64,000 nucleotides of DNA from contig CAWGHO010000002.1 in assembly GCA_963822445.1 (NCBI GenBank), positions 832,001-896,000 of the forward strand, written 5' to 3'. The stretch comes from an uncultured Acidobacteriota bacterium. GTDB lineage: Bacteria; Acidobacteriota; Thermoanaerobaculia; Gp7-AA8. This document shows, piece by piece, positions 48,725-61,154 of this stretch (its first letter is position 1; each line of letters begins with the position of its first letter). Made by a program: the position numbers and the translations under genes. Under the pieces are notes generated by a model. That model saw nothing but the letters and a program-made list of their open reading frames with translations. It was not told the DNA's origin and did no database searches.

Positions 48725-51271
48725 ATGTGCAGGCTCGCTCGTGTTCTGGTTTCCCTCTTCCTCGCCATCCCTGCTCTGGCCAGTCACGAAGGTCCGGCCG
48801 ACATCTCGGTCGAGGTGAGCGCATCGCCCGCTGTCGTAGACGCCGGGCAGGAGATCACCTACGCGATCACGATGCGTAACAGCGGACCGGGCTTCGCCAG
48901 ACCCATCAAGCTGAGCAATCCCGTGCCCGCGAACACGCAGTTCATCCGGTTCAACGACAACCATCCCTCCACGGGCTTCAGCTGCGAAGACGCGCGCGCC
49001 AACAACGTGAACATCTTCTACTGTTCGGGCACGGTTCTCCAACCGAACGAATCCTGGACGGTCTTCTTCACCGTGCGCGTGAATGCCGACGCCGCGGGGC
49101 TGACGATCAGCAGCACAGCCACTGCATCGGGCGATGCACCCGACCCCAATTCGTCGAACAACTCGATGACCGTCGAGACGCCGGTGACCGAAGCCACGCC
49201 GACGGACGCCGACATCTCCGTGACGAAGATGTTCGCCGATATGTTCAATCCATACGTGGGTCGTGGTGAGGTTGCGAGTTTCACCATCACCGTCCGGAAC
49301 GGCGGACCGATCGCGGCGCAGAACGTCACGCTCACCGACGTCATCCCCGCAGAAACAACCTTTGAATCGGTAAGCCAGACGTCCGGCCCCTCGTTCGCCT
49401 GCACGCAACCGGCACAGGGCGCGACCGGCACCGTCAGCTGCTCCATCGCCTCTCTCGCCGATGGAGCGGTGGCGACCTTCGCGCTGGCCGTTCGAGTAGG
49501 CGCGACCACGGACGGCGAGGTTTTCAATACTGCGACGGTCTCCTCTTCCACGCCGGATCCCGACACCGCGGATCGGACTTCCACGGACGCGTTCATCGCC
49601 ACGCGACCAGGTCCCGATCTGAAGATTACGAAGACCGCATCGCCGGCCGAGGTCGTGGCTGGGGAGTCGATCTACTACATCGTTGAGGTCGAGAACGTCG
49701 GATCCACGGTAGCCATCGACATCCGGATCGTCGATGCCGTCCCGGCGAACACGACGTTCCGCTACGCGATTCACCACGGCCCAGGGGGCGGGGTCGCAGG
49801 CTGTGGGCCGCCGGAGGTAAATCCGAGTGGGGCAATCGAGTGCACGTTCCCAAACCTTTCGCCTAACGTCCGCCGTTCCTTCGAGATCGCGGTCCGCGTG
49901 AACTCCGACGCGGCGGGAGAGACGATCACGAACACGGCCACGGTTTCCGCGTCGACTACCGACCCCGATCTGAGCAACAACTCCGACACCGTCCAGACGC
50001 CGGTTTCAGGGACTCCTCCGTCGAGCGCAGACCTGGCGGTAGGGCAGGGCATTACCGAGCCCGAAGCGTTCTTCGGGCCGGGGGAAGTGGTCCCGTACGA
50101 GATCTTCCTGATGAACAACGGTCTCGCGCCCGCGCAGGACGTAAGCCTGACAGGTGCAATTCCTGCCGGGGCCACGTTCGAGTCACTGACGCAGACCGCC
50201 GGTCCCACCTTCAACTGCACCGCGCCCGCTCACGGCGCCACGGGAACCGTGAGCTGCTTCATCGCTTCGTTCGACAACGCCGCCCTGGCGCGGTTCACGT
50301 TGGCGGTGCGCGTCAACGCCAACGCCACGGGCGGCACGCTCTCGAATACTGTCGATGTAGCCTCGTCCACCCCCGATCCGAACAGCGCCAACAACAGCTC
50401 GACGTCGACGGTCACCATCACGGAAGTCGCGGGGAGGGACCTGATCCTCGCCAAGAGCGCCGATCCGGCCGCCGCCGAACCGGGCGACCTGATCACGTAC
50501 ACGGTGACGGCGACGAACATCGGGTCCGAGCACGCGAGCGTTATCCTCATCAAAGATCCCGTGCCGGCGAATACGACCTTCGTGTCCGTTGAAGAGCTGC
50601 CGGGCACGTTCGCCGATTGCTTCGACCCTGCTGCCGCGGACAACGTGGTTGTGTGCAGGATCGGCGGCCTCGGGCCATCGGAGTCGCACGCGATCACGTT
50701 CACCGTCCGGGTGAACGACGATGCCACCGGCGTCATTACGAACACGGCGACGGTAGAGACCTCGTCGGCCGAATCAAACGTCACCAACAACTCGGCAACC
50801 GCGGAGACGACGCTGCCCGGCTCGCCGGACTCCGCGGACCTCGAGATCACCAAGACCGCCGACGCCGACACCGCCCGGCCGAACGCGAACGTCACCTACA
50901 CGATCACCATCTCCAACTACGGTCCCTCTGCGGCCGGCGACATCGTCATGACCGACGAACTGCCGGAGCACACGACCTTCGTCTCGGTGACCGACGACAG
51001 CGCCACGGACACGAACTGCTTCGCGCCCTCGACCGAGGGGGACGTGCAGTGCTTCATCGGCACCCTTCCGGCCGGGCACACGCGGACGATCTCCCTGGTC
51101 CTGCGCATCGAGCCGGGCGCAGCGGGCTCGATCACGAACACGGCCACGGTGGAGTCCTCGCGCACCGACCCGAACCTCTCGAACAACTCGGCGACCGTGA
51201 CGACGCCGTTTGGACGTGGACGGAAGCGGCAGGCGTGCTGGGTGTTCGGGGAGAAGTACTGCCAGGACTGA
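48725..51271 (+). CDS. Secreted protein with six DUF11 modules, copy 2 (tandem paralogue)
   Basis: Colinear and highly similar to 46111-48645, including upstream CCGAATAACTATAAAATG. Confidence 0.9.
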   Translation: MCRLARVLVSLFLAIPALASHEGPADISVEVSASPAVVDAGQEITYAITMRNSGPGFARPIKLSNPVPANTQFIRFNDNHPSTGFSCEDARANNVNIFYCSGTVLQPNESWTVFFTVRVNADAAGLTISSTATASGDAPDPNSSNNSMTVETPVTEATPTDADISVTKMFADMFNPYVGRGEVASFTITVRNGGPIAAQNVTLTDVIPAETTFESVSQTSGPSFACTQPAQGATGTVSCSIASLADGAVATFALAVRVGATTDGEVFNTATVSSSTPDPDTADRTSTDAFIATRPGPDLKITKTASPAEVVAGESIYYIVEVENVGSTVAIDIRIVDAVPANTTFRYAIHHGPGGGVAGCGPPEVNPSGAIECTFPNLSPNVRRSFEIAVRVNSDAAGETITNTATVSASTTDPDLSNNSDTVQTPVSGTPPSSADLAVGQGITEPEAFFGPGEVVPYEIFLMNNGLAPAQDVSLTGAIPAGATFESLTQTAGPTFNCTAPAHGATGTVSCFIASFDNAALARFTLAVRVNANATGGTLSNTVDVASSTPDPNSANNSSTSTVTITEVAGRDLILAKSADPAAAEPGDLITYTVTATNIGSEHASVILIKDPVPANTTFVSVEELPGTFADCFDPAAADNVVVCRIGGLGPSESHAITFTVRVNDDATGVITNTATVETSSAESNVTNNSATAETTLPGSPDSADLEITKTADADTARPNANVTYTITISNYGPSAAGDIVMTDELPEHTTFVSVTDDSATDTNCFAPSTEGDVQCFIGTLPAGHTRTISLVLRIEPGAAGSITNTATVESSRTDPNLSNNSATVTTPFGRGRKRQACWVFGEKYCQD

Positions 51272-51311
51272 GGTTCGGGCGCCGCGACCCCACTTACGCC
51301 AAAACTTACGC

Positions 51312-51340
51312 TTGACTTTCGCCCTATTACCGCCTACATT
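51312..51340 (+). promoter_or_regulatory. Sigma70-type lexA promoter
   Basis: TTGACT-N17-TACATT. Confidence 0.75.
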
Positions 51341-51360
51341 GTCCGATACGGAAGGCGGCC

Positions 51361-51999
51361 ATGCGATATCTGACGGAACGACAGCGTGACATTCTCGAAT
51401 TCATCCGCGGGTTCCAGAAAAGCCGCGGGATCGCGCCGACCCACCGCGAGATCTGCGATCACTTCGGCTTCTCCTCGTACGGCACGGTTTACAAGCACCT
51501 GTCGCTGCTCGAGAAGAAGGGGCTGATCCGCCGGGACTGGAACCAGAAGCGGGGTGTGGAGATCGTCGAACAGAACGACGAGCCCGCACCCGCGGCGGCC
51601 ACCGCCCGCCGGCAGGACAGCCCGGTTCGCGAGCTGCCGTTGTTCGGCTACATCGCCGCCGGCCGGCCCCTCGAGGTCGACGTCTCCGACGAGACCATCG
51701 CCGTGCCCGAGCACCTGACCACGCGCGGCGAAAACTACGTACTGAAGGTTCGAGGCGACTCGATGGTCGAGGACGGCATTCTCGATGGCGACCTGGTGAT
51801 CATCGCGCGGCGGGACGAGGCTCACAACGGCGACATGGTCGTCGCGAACGTGAGCGGCGAAGTCACGCTCAAGCGCCTCTATCGCGAAGGTGAGCGCGTC
51901 CGGCTGCAGCCGGCGAACTCGATGATGGGACCGATCTACGCCGCCGCCCGTGACGTCGCGGTGCAGGGCATCGTGGTCGGCCTCATGCGGCGGTTCTGA
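51361..51999 (+). CDS. lexA: LexA repressor
   Basis: LTERQ...PT.REI, cleavage site IAAG, catalytic GDSM and TLKR, GIVVGL.R. Confidence 0.95.
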   Translation: MRYLTERQRDILEFIRGFQKSRGIAPTHREICDHFGFSSYGTVYKHLSLLEKKGLIRRDWNQKRGVEIVEQNDEPAPAAATARRQDSPVRELPLFGYIAAGRPLEVDVSDETIAVPEHLTTRGENYVLKVRGDSMVEDGILDGDLVIIARRDEAHNGDMVVANVSGEVTLKRLYREGERVRLQPANSMMGPIYAAARDVAVQGIVVGLMRRF

Positions 52000-52046
52000 G
52001 TGGTTTGTTGTCTGTTGTCTGACGGTGCAGGAAACGTGAGGAAGCC

Positions 52047-52508
52047 ATGGATCTCGTGCTCAAACTGAGAGAAATTCGCAGGCTCCGCGGGCTGAGCCAG
52101 AAGGATGTAGCCCGCCTCTCCGGTGTCGGGGAGAAGACCATCAGCTCGTTCGAGACCGGTCAGCGCATCGGCTCACTGAAGCTGGAACAGCTCAAGAGAC
52201 TCCTCGGCGTCTACGGATTGACCGAGGCGGACTTCTTCGGCAGCTCCGTGGAGCGGCAGATCGCGCCGTGGGAGCTCGACGAAGACGAATGTGCGGCGCA
52301 GAAACTCGTGGAAGAGCTGCGCACGCTCCCGCGCACGACGCAGCGGGCGATGGTGTCGAAGTTCCAGCTCATGCTCGAAGGCGCGTCGCATGTGAGCCAG
52401 CACGTTCCGGCCATGCGCGACCGCCGCACTCCCACCCCTCCGCGGGCCCACCCACCGACGTACGACCGCCACGATCCCGCGTGGCACGAGCTCGCCCCGC
52501 GCAACTGA
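52047..52508 (+). CDS. XRE-family HTH transcriptional regulator
   Basis: LREIRRLRGLSQKDVARLSGV...TISSFETG. Confidence 0.85.
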   Translation: MDLVLKLREIRRLRGLSQKDVARLSGVGEKTISSFETGQRIGSLKLEQLKRLLGVYGLTEADFFGSSVERQIAPWELDEDECAAQKLVEELRTLPRTTQRAMVSKFQLMLEGASHVSQHVPAMRDRRTPTPPRAHPPTYDRHDPAWHELAPRN

Positions 52509-52527
52509 CGCGGGGTCGGGTCTCGCG

Positions 52528-53431
52528 CTACCTCGGCAACTGGTGCGCGAGACTGCGGTCGATCGTCGGGTAGTCGAACGTGAACCCTTCCCGCTGAGCG
52601 CGCGCGGGAAGGACCCGCTGGCCGGCGAGCAACATCTCCTCGGCCTTCTCGCTCCCGAAGGCGAGGCGAAGGGCGAGGGCGGGCGTGGGGATGAGGGCCG
52701 GGCGGTGGAGGGCGGCGCCGAGGGCGCGGCCGAAGTCGCGGTTGCGGACGGGCTCGGGTGCGGTGGCGTTGTAGATTCCGCGAGCGGTTTCGGTCTCGAG
52801 TGTCCACTCGATCATGCGCACCGCGTCGTCGCGGTCGACCCAGGACATCCATTGCCGGCCGTTGCCGAGCGGACCGCCTGCGCCGAGCTTGAACGGCAAG
52901 AGCATCTTGCCGAGCGCGCCGCCTTCCGGCGCAAGCACGATCCCGAAGCGGACGATCACCAGTCGCGCGAGCGACTCGGCCTCACCCGCCGCGGCTTCCC
53001 ACTGCGTCACCAGATCGGCGAGAAAACCAGTTCCGCGATTCGAGGACTCGTCGAGCTGATTCGTCGCCGCGATTGCCGTAGAAGCCGACCGCCGAGGCGT
53101 TGATGAACGCGCGTTTCCGGGCCGGCTCGCGCCTGATCGCTTCGACCAGCGCGCGGGTCGCGTTCACGCGGCTGTCGACGAGCCGTTGCTTGCGCGCGTC
53201 CGTCCAGCGGCCTTCGCCGATGTTCTCGCCGGCCAGGTTGATGATGGCTTCGGCCGCGGCGGCTTCCGCCGACCAGGCCCCTTGCGACTTGCCGTCCCAG
53301 GCCAGTCCGCGTCCCGCGTCGACCTTCGAAGGATCGCGTGACAGAACGGCAACGTCGTGCCCTTTCGCAATCAGCCGCCGAACCAGCGGCTCGCCGATGA
53401 ACCCGCTACCGCCTGCGACGACGATTTTCAT
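52528..53431 (-). CDS. TIGR01777 (YfcH-like) NAD-dependent epimerase; one frameshift near 53055
   Basis: GGSGFIG, INLAGENI, RW, SAVGFYG, then RFGIVL, GGPLGNG.QWMSWV, GQRVLP. Confidence 0.88.
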
Positions 53432-53451
53432 GCGCCGGATCTTATCGCGCC

Positions 53452-53483
53452 AAAACACGACCGCCGGCCTTTCGGCCGGCGGT
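53452..53483 (-). terminator. Intrinsic terminator-like hairpin
   Basis: ACCGCCGGCC-GAAA-GGCCGGCGGT then CGTGTTTT. Confidence 0.7.
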
Positions 53484-53546
53484 GCGCGTCAAATCAGGAG
53501 GAGATAGGAGATGTGTTTCAGGTGCCCGTTTCGTTTCGTCCGTCGC
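53452..53546 (-). ncRNA. Candidate small RNA (about 95 nt)
   Basis: ECF-like GAAAC-N16-CGTC upstream, CU-rich anti-SD tract, terminator; ends inferred. Confidence 0.35.
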
Positions 53547-53578
53547 TAAGTAGGACGCGGCCGCGGGGAAAAGGTTTC

Positions 53579-54598
53579 TCAGCCGATCCGCGACCTGGCT
53601 ACGACCCGCCGGGGATCGGTGGCGACGCCCTTCTGGAGCCCGGCGAAGGCGATCATGGCCGCGTTGTCCGTGCAGTAGCGCTTCTCGGGGAGACGGATGA
53701 TGAGGCCGCGTTCGCTGCCCCACGCCTGAATCCGCTCGCGCAACACACCGTTCGCCGCCACCCCGCCAGCCATCGCCACCTCGGTCGGTTTCGGCTGCTC
53801 CAGCCCCGCCCACACGGCCTCGATGCGATCGAAGAGTTGCGCGAACAGCGCGTCTTGGAACGTGGCCGCGAAATCGCCGAGCGCCTGCGGATCGCCATCC
53901 GCCCGAATCGCATGTTCGCGCGCCAGCCGGATGGCCCCGGCCTTGATCCCCGAGTACGAAAAATCCAGCGACGCCTCGGTGAACCGCGGCATCGGAAACG
54001 GGAACCGCTTCGGATCGGCGGTGCCGCGCCGCGCGTGCTTTTCGATCTCCGGACCGCCCGGATACGGCAACCCGACGAACTTCGCGACCTTGTCGAAGGT
54101 CTCGCCGATCGCGTCGTCGCGGGTCCGGTTGATCTGCCGCACCTGCGCGCCGCGCACGTCGTAAAGCGCGGAGTGACCGCCGGAGATCACCAGCGACAGA
54201 AACCGCTCCGGCAACGGCGTGGCCGGACCGTCCTTGGCCAGGTACGGCGAGTAGATGTGCCCTTCGAGATGGTTGACCGGCACGATGGGGATGCCCAGAC
54301 CGTAGGCGATCCCCTGCGCCCCGGCCACACCCACGAGCAGCGCGCCGATCAGCCCTGGGCCCGAGGTAACCGCGATCGACTCGACGTCCGGCCAGGACCG
54401 GCCGGCGTCCCCCAGCGCGCGCTCGACGAGCGGAAAGAGATGCTGCAGGTGCTCGCGCGACGCGATCTCCGGTACCACCCCGCCGAAGGGTTGATGCCGC
54501 TCGATCTGCGAGGAGATGAGATTCACGCGTACGGTGCCGTCGCCGTCGAGCAGCGCGACCGAGGTTTCATCGCAGGATGTTTCGATTCCAAGGATCAT
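53579..54598 (-). CDS. tsaD: tRNA N6-threonylcarbamoyltransferase TsaD
   Basis: LGIETSCDE, GGVVPE.ASR.H, GPGL, HLEGH, SGGH, DDA.GE.FDKVA, FSYSG, GGVAAN, CTDNAAMIA. Confidence 0.96.
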   Translation of the reverse strand: MILGIETSCDETSVALLDGDGTVRVNLISSQIERHQPFGGVVPEIASREHLQHLFPLVERALGDAGRSWPDVESIAVTSGPGLIGALLVGVAGAQGIAYGLGIPIVPVNHLEGHIYSPYLAKDGPATPLPERFLSLVISGGHSALYDVRGAQVRQINRTRDDAIGETFDKVAKFVGLPYPGGPEIEKHARRGTADPKRFPFPMPRFTEASLDFSYSGIKAGAIRLAREHAIRADGDPQALGDFAATFQDALFAQLFDRIEAVWAGLEQPKPTEVAMAGGVAANGVLRERIQAWGSERGLIIRLPEKRYCTDNAAMIAFAGLQKGVATDPRRVVARSRIG

Positions 54599-54643
54599 CG
54601 GGCCTCGCAAACAACGACTCTATAATCCGCCACTCTTACTCGG

Positions 54644-54739
54644 GGTTGCGAGGTTACGAGGTTGCGGGGTTACGAGGTGAGAAGAAGCCCGGCCTCGGAT
54701 CGTCCTCCCCGTAACCCCGAAACCCCGTACCCCGAAACC
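54644..54739. repeat. Inverted pair of octamer arrays in the valS 5' region
   Basis: (GGTTRCGR)x4 facing (CCCCGWAA)x4. Confidence 0.85.
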
Positions 54740-54740
54740 A

Positions 54741-57364
<2,624 letters not shown>

Positions 57365-57368
<4 letters not shown>

Positions 57369-58135
57369 TCCACCTCGACACCCGGAGCATCGTCCGCAAT
57401 CTGCGCACGATCGAGTCGATCGCGCTGATCCCGCGCGTCGCGTCGACGAACCTGGTGGCGCGCAAGATCGTCAACGAGTGCATCGAGAACGAGCTCTCCC
57501 TCCCCCAGGCCATGATCATCGCCGGCGAGCAGTTCGCCGGCCGCGGACGCAATGAACGCACCTGGTCCTCGCCGGCCGGGAAAGGCATTTACGCGACGAC
57601 GCTGCTCACGCGGACCGCGCGCGATCTACCGCTGATCCCGCTGGCAATGGCCAACATCGTCGCGACCTTTCTGCGCGACACGTACGGCATCGACGCCCGC
57701 ATCAAATGGCCCAACGACGTGCTCGTCGGCGGCAGGAAGATCGCCGGAATCCTGATCGAAGCGCGCATGCAGGACGACCGCGTGTACATGCTCGTCGGCA
57801 CGGGCGTAAACGTCGAGCCGGTTCATGACGACGCGCGACCGAACGCCGTCGCGATCAGCGAGGCCTCGCCGAAAAACTTCACCGGCATCGAGGACGCGAC
57901 CCGCGCTTTCATCGAGCACATCGACGAGCAACTCGCTCTGCCGCTGCAACACGATGACGTGCTCGCGCAGTGGCGCTCTCTCTCCATCCACCAACCCGGC
58001 GATCGCATTCACTGCGTCCTCGGCGACCGAACCGTCTCGGGAACGTGGACGGGGATCGACGAGAACGGACGGGCGGTATTGAACACGCCCGACGGACCGC
58101 TGTCAGTGAGTGCGGGTGACCTCGTTCTAAACTGA
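57365..58135 (+). CDS. birA: Biotin-[acetyl-CoA-carboxylase] ligase (no HTH)
   Basis: STN, Q..GRGR..R.W.SP.G, KWPND, KIAGIL. Confidence 0.92.
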
Positions 58136-58144
58136 GCGGATCAC

Positions 58145-58933
58145 ATGCCGGCCAACCTCCTCGTAGTCGACGCGGGCAACACCAACATCGTCCTCGGCAT
58201 CTATCACGGCGAAAAGCTGGTGAGCTCGTGGCGCCTGGCCACGGCGCGTGAACGGACCGCGGACGAGTACGGAATCCTCGCGCGGCAACTGGTCGGCGAC
58301 GCGCTCCACTCGAATCTCGAAGGAGCGATCGTGGCCTCGGTCGTCCCGCCGCTCAACAGCGCGCTGGCTCTGATGGTTCAGAAGTACTTCGACATCGATC
58401 CGATGTTCGTCGAGCCCGGCGTGAAGACCGGCATCGCCATTCACGTCGACAATCCCCTCGAAGTCGGCGCCGATCGCATCGTCAACTGCGCGGCCGCGCA
58501 TCACGCGTACGGCGGGCCGACAGTGATCGTCGACTTCGGCACCGCCACGACATTCGACGTCGTCACCGCGAACGCTGAATTCGTCGGCGGCGTGATTGCG
58601 CCGGGCCTGAACATCTCCGCGGAAGCTCTCTTCGCGCGGGCCGCACGCTTGCCGCGCGTCGACATCCGGAAGCCGGACCACGTCATCGGCACGAACACCG
58701 TCGTGAACATGCAGTCCGGCATCTACTTCGGCTACCTCGGACTCGTCGACGGCATCCTCGCGCGCATCAAGCGTGAAGTCCCCGATCTCAAGCACGTCGT
58801 TGCGACGGGCGGACTGGCGACGCTTTTCGCTGAAGAGAGCGAGCACATCGACGAAGTGGACACCGACCTCACCTTGCGCGGGTTGAAGATCATCTTCGAC
58901 AGAAATCGCGCGCCGCGGAGAGCGCGGCGGTGA
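58145..58933 (+). CDS. coaX: Type III pantothenate kinase
   Basis: DAGNTN, SVVP, VGADR, VDFGTATT, GG.IAPG, ATGG, LTL.GL. Confidence 0.95.
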   Translation: MPANLLVVDAGNTNIVLGIYHGEKLVSSWRLATARERTADEYGILARQLVGDALHSNLEGAIVASVVPPLNSALALMVQKYFDIDPMFVEPGVKTGIAIHVDNPLEVGADRIVNCAAAHHAYGGPTVIVDFGTATTFDVVTANAEFVGGVIAPGLNISAEALFARAARLPRVDIRKPDHVIGTNTVVNMQSGIYFGYLGLVDGILARIKREVPDLKHVVATGGLATLFAEESEHIDEVDTDLTLRGLKIIFDRNRAPRRARR

Positions 58934-60474
58934 CGCGCGCGACCGCGGTCGCGCTGTTCTTCTTCGTCACCACCACCGCCTTTGCGGGCTCCACGGCGGT
59001 CGCAAGCAAGGCCGCGCTCTCGACAGCTCACCCTCTCGCGACGAAGGTCGGCCTCGGCGTTCTGCAGCGCGGCGGAAACGCGATCGACGCCAGCGTCGCC
59101 GTCGCGTTCGCGCTCGCCGTCGTTCATCCGCAGGCCGGAAATCTCGGCGGCGGCGGATTCCTCGTCTACTACGACGCGTCCACGCGCGGCGTGTGGACGC
59201 TCGATTTTCGCGAGGTCGCGCCGCTCGCCACGAAACGGGAAGCGTTCGCCAAGCCGCAGATCGGTGCGATGACCGCAGGCGTGCCCGGAACCGTGGCCGG
59301 TCTCGACGCGATGCACCGCCGGTTCGGAACGAAGACGTGGAAAGAGTTGCTCGCGCCCGCGATCGCTCTCGCCAGCGAAGAGCGGCCGGTTGATCCCGAG
59401 CTCGAAGCGGACACGAAAGAACGCAAGGTCGAGTTGCCGAAGGCGACGGAGCTCGCCGCGACTCTGCAGCGGCTCTCGGATAAGGGCGCACGCGAGTTCT
59501 ACGACGGCGACCTCTCCAAGCAGCTCGTGGAAGGCGTTCGCGCCGCGGGCGGCATTCTCGGTCACCGCGATCTCCGCGAGTACGAACCGGTCTGGCGCGC
59601 GCCGATCAAGCTCCGCTACGGCGCGTACGAGATCCTCACCGTTCCGCCGCCTTCGGGAGGCGGCATCGTCATCGGCTCGACCCTCAACATTCTCGCGAAG
59701 GACGATCTGGCCGCGATCGGATTTCAAACCACACCGGCCCTGCATTTACTGATCGAAGCGCAACGACGCGCGGGAATCGATCGTGCGAGGTACGTCGGCG
59801 ATCCGCGCGGAGCGCGCATTCCCTACCGCGAGCTTCTCTCGCAACAACGTGCGGAAGCGTGGCGCAGAACGATTCAGCCGCGAACCGCATCGGCGACCAT
59901 CGCTCTTGCGGAACCGGGCAACCTCAAGACCGAAGGGGAGCAGACGACGCATTTCGTCATCGCGGATGCGAAGGGAAACGTCGCCTCCCTCACCACCAGC
60001 CTCGGCGAAAAGTTCGGCAGCGGATTTGCCGTACCGTCCCTCGGATTTTTCATGAACAACTCCATGAACGACTTCAGCACCGGAGTGAACGCGGCGGATC
60101 CGATGAAGCGCGCCGCGACGTCGATGGCGCCGACGATCATCCTCCGTGAAGGCAAGCCATTCATGGCCATCGGCACGCGCGGCGGCGCAGCCATTCCCAC
60201 CACGATTCTGCAGGTCTTTCTGAACGTCGCGGTGTACGGAAAATCGCTTCCCGCTGCTGTCGCGGCGCCGCGCTATCACCACCAGGGTGTGCCGGAAGAG
60301 CTGTCGTACGAGCGCGAGCTCGCGCCGAAGGCGATTGTCGACGGGCTGAATGCGATGGGCCACGGCGTCGCCGCGCGCGATTCGATCGGCGACGTCCATG
60401 CGATCCTGTTCGAAAAGGGCCGGCTCATCGCCGTCGCCGATCCGCGGCGCGGCGGAGCGGCCGGAGGATATTGA
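58930..60474 (+). CDS. ggt: Gamma-glutamyltransferase family protein
   Basis: GGNAIDA, GNLGGGGF, DFRE.AP, GVPGT, PPPS.GG, catalytic TTHF, NNSMNDF, DPRR. Confidence 0.9.
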   Translation: MTRATAVALFFFVTTTAFAGSTAVASKAALSTAHPLATKVGLGVLQRGGNAIDASVAVAFALAVVHPQAGNLGGGGFLVYYDASTRGVWTLDFREVAPLATKREAFAKPQIGAMTAGVPGTVAGLDAMHRRFGTKTWKELLAPAIALASEERPVDPELEADTKERKVELPKATELAATLQRLSDKGAREFYDGDLSKQLVEGVRAAGGILGHRDLREYEPVWRAPIKLRYGAYEILTVPPPSGGGIVIGSTLNILAKDDLAAIGFQTTPALHLLIEAQRRAGIDRARYVGDPRGARIPYRELLSQQRAEAWRRTIQPRTASATIALAEPGNLKTEGEQTTHFVIADAKGNVASLTTSLGEKFGSGFAVPSLGFFMNNSMNDFSTGVNAADPMKRAATSMAPTIILREGKPFMAIGTRGGAAIPTTILQVFLNVAVYGKSLPAAVAAPRYHHQGVPEELSYERELAPKAIVDGLNAMGHGVAARDSIGDVHAILFEKGRLIAVADPRRGGAAGGY

Positions 60475-61154
60475 TGTCGCAGGAACGAAAAATCGAAGCG
60501 GCGCGGGCGGCGCTGGCCGAGGTTCGATCGGGCATGACGCTCGGCCTCGGTACCGGATCGACGGCGAAAGAATTCGTCACGCTCCTCGGCGAGGCATTGC
60601 GCAACGGCTCGCTGACCGACATCCGCTGCACGTGCACGTCCGAGCAGACCGAAGAACAGGCTCGCAAGGAAGGCGTGCCGACGTTTTCGCTGGCGGAAGT
60701 CACGCCGATCGATCTCGCCGTCGACGGAGCCGATGAGATCGACGCCGATCTTCGACTGATCAAAGGCCGCGGTGGCGCGCTTCTCCGCGAGAAGATCGTC
60801 GAGCAGCAGGCTGGACGCTTCATCGTCATCGCCGACGACACGAAAGTCGTGGAGCGCCTGGGCGTGGGAACGTTACCCGTCGAAGTGACGCCGTTCGCGC
60901 TCGAAGTACTACAGAAACGCTTCACGCTGATGGGTTTGAATCCCGAGCTGCGCATGCGCGACGGAGCGCCGCGCGTGACCGACGAAGGTCATCGCATTCT
61001 CGACATCACCATTCCTCAGGACACGGATATTGCCGACGTCGTAGCGCGCATCCGCGTGCACGCGGGAGTCGTCGAGACGGGGTTCTTTCCGCTCGAGGCG
61101 ACCGAGGCGATCATCGCGTCGGCTGAGGGGATCCGCCGGATGACCCGGCCGTAA
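60474..61154 (+). CDS. rpiA: Ribose-5-phosphate isomerase A
   Basis: GLGTGST, DGADE, KGRGGALLREKIV, LPVEV, GVVETG. Confidence 0.95.
   Translation: MSQERKIEAARAALAEVRSGMTLGLGTGSTAKEFVTLLGEALRNGSLTDIRCTCTSEQTEEQARKEGVPTFSLAEVTPIDLAVDGADEIDADLRLIKGRGGALLREKIVEQQAGRFIVIADDTKVVERLGVGTLPVEVTPFALEVLQKRFTLMGLNPELRMRDGAPRVTDEGHRILDITIPQDTDIADVVARIRVHAGVVETGFFPLEATEAIIASAEGIRRMTRP

Noticed and set aside
46111-51271. Assembly duplication or diversity-generating retroelement
   Set aside because: Copies differ throughout, including many synonymous sites; no reverse transcriptase and no adenine-specific pattern noticed
51361-52508. Prophage immunity region (cI/cro)
   Set aside because: Canonical LexA N-terminus, co-directional genes, no phage genes nearby
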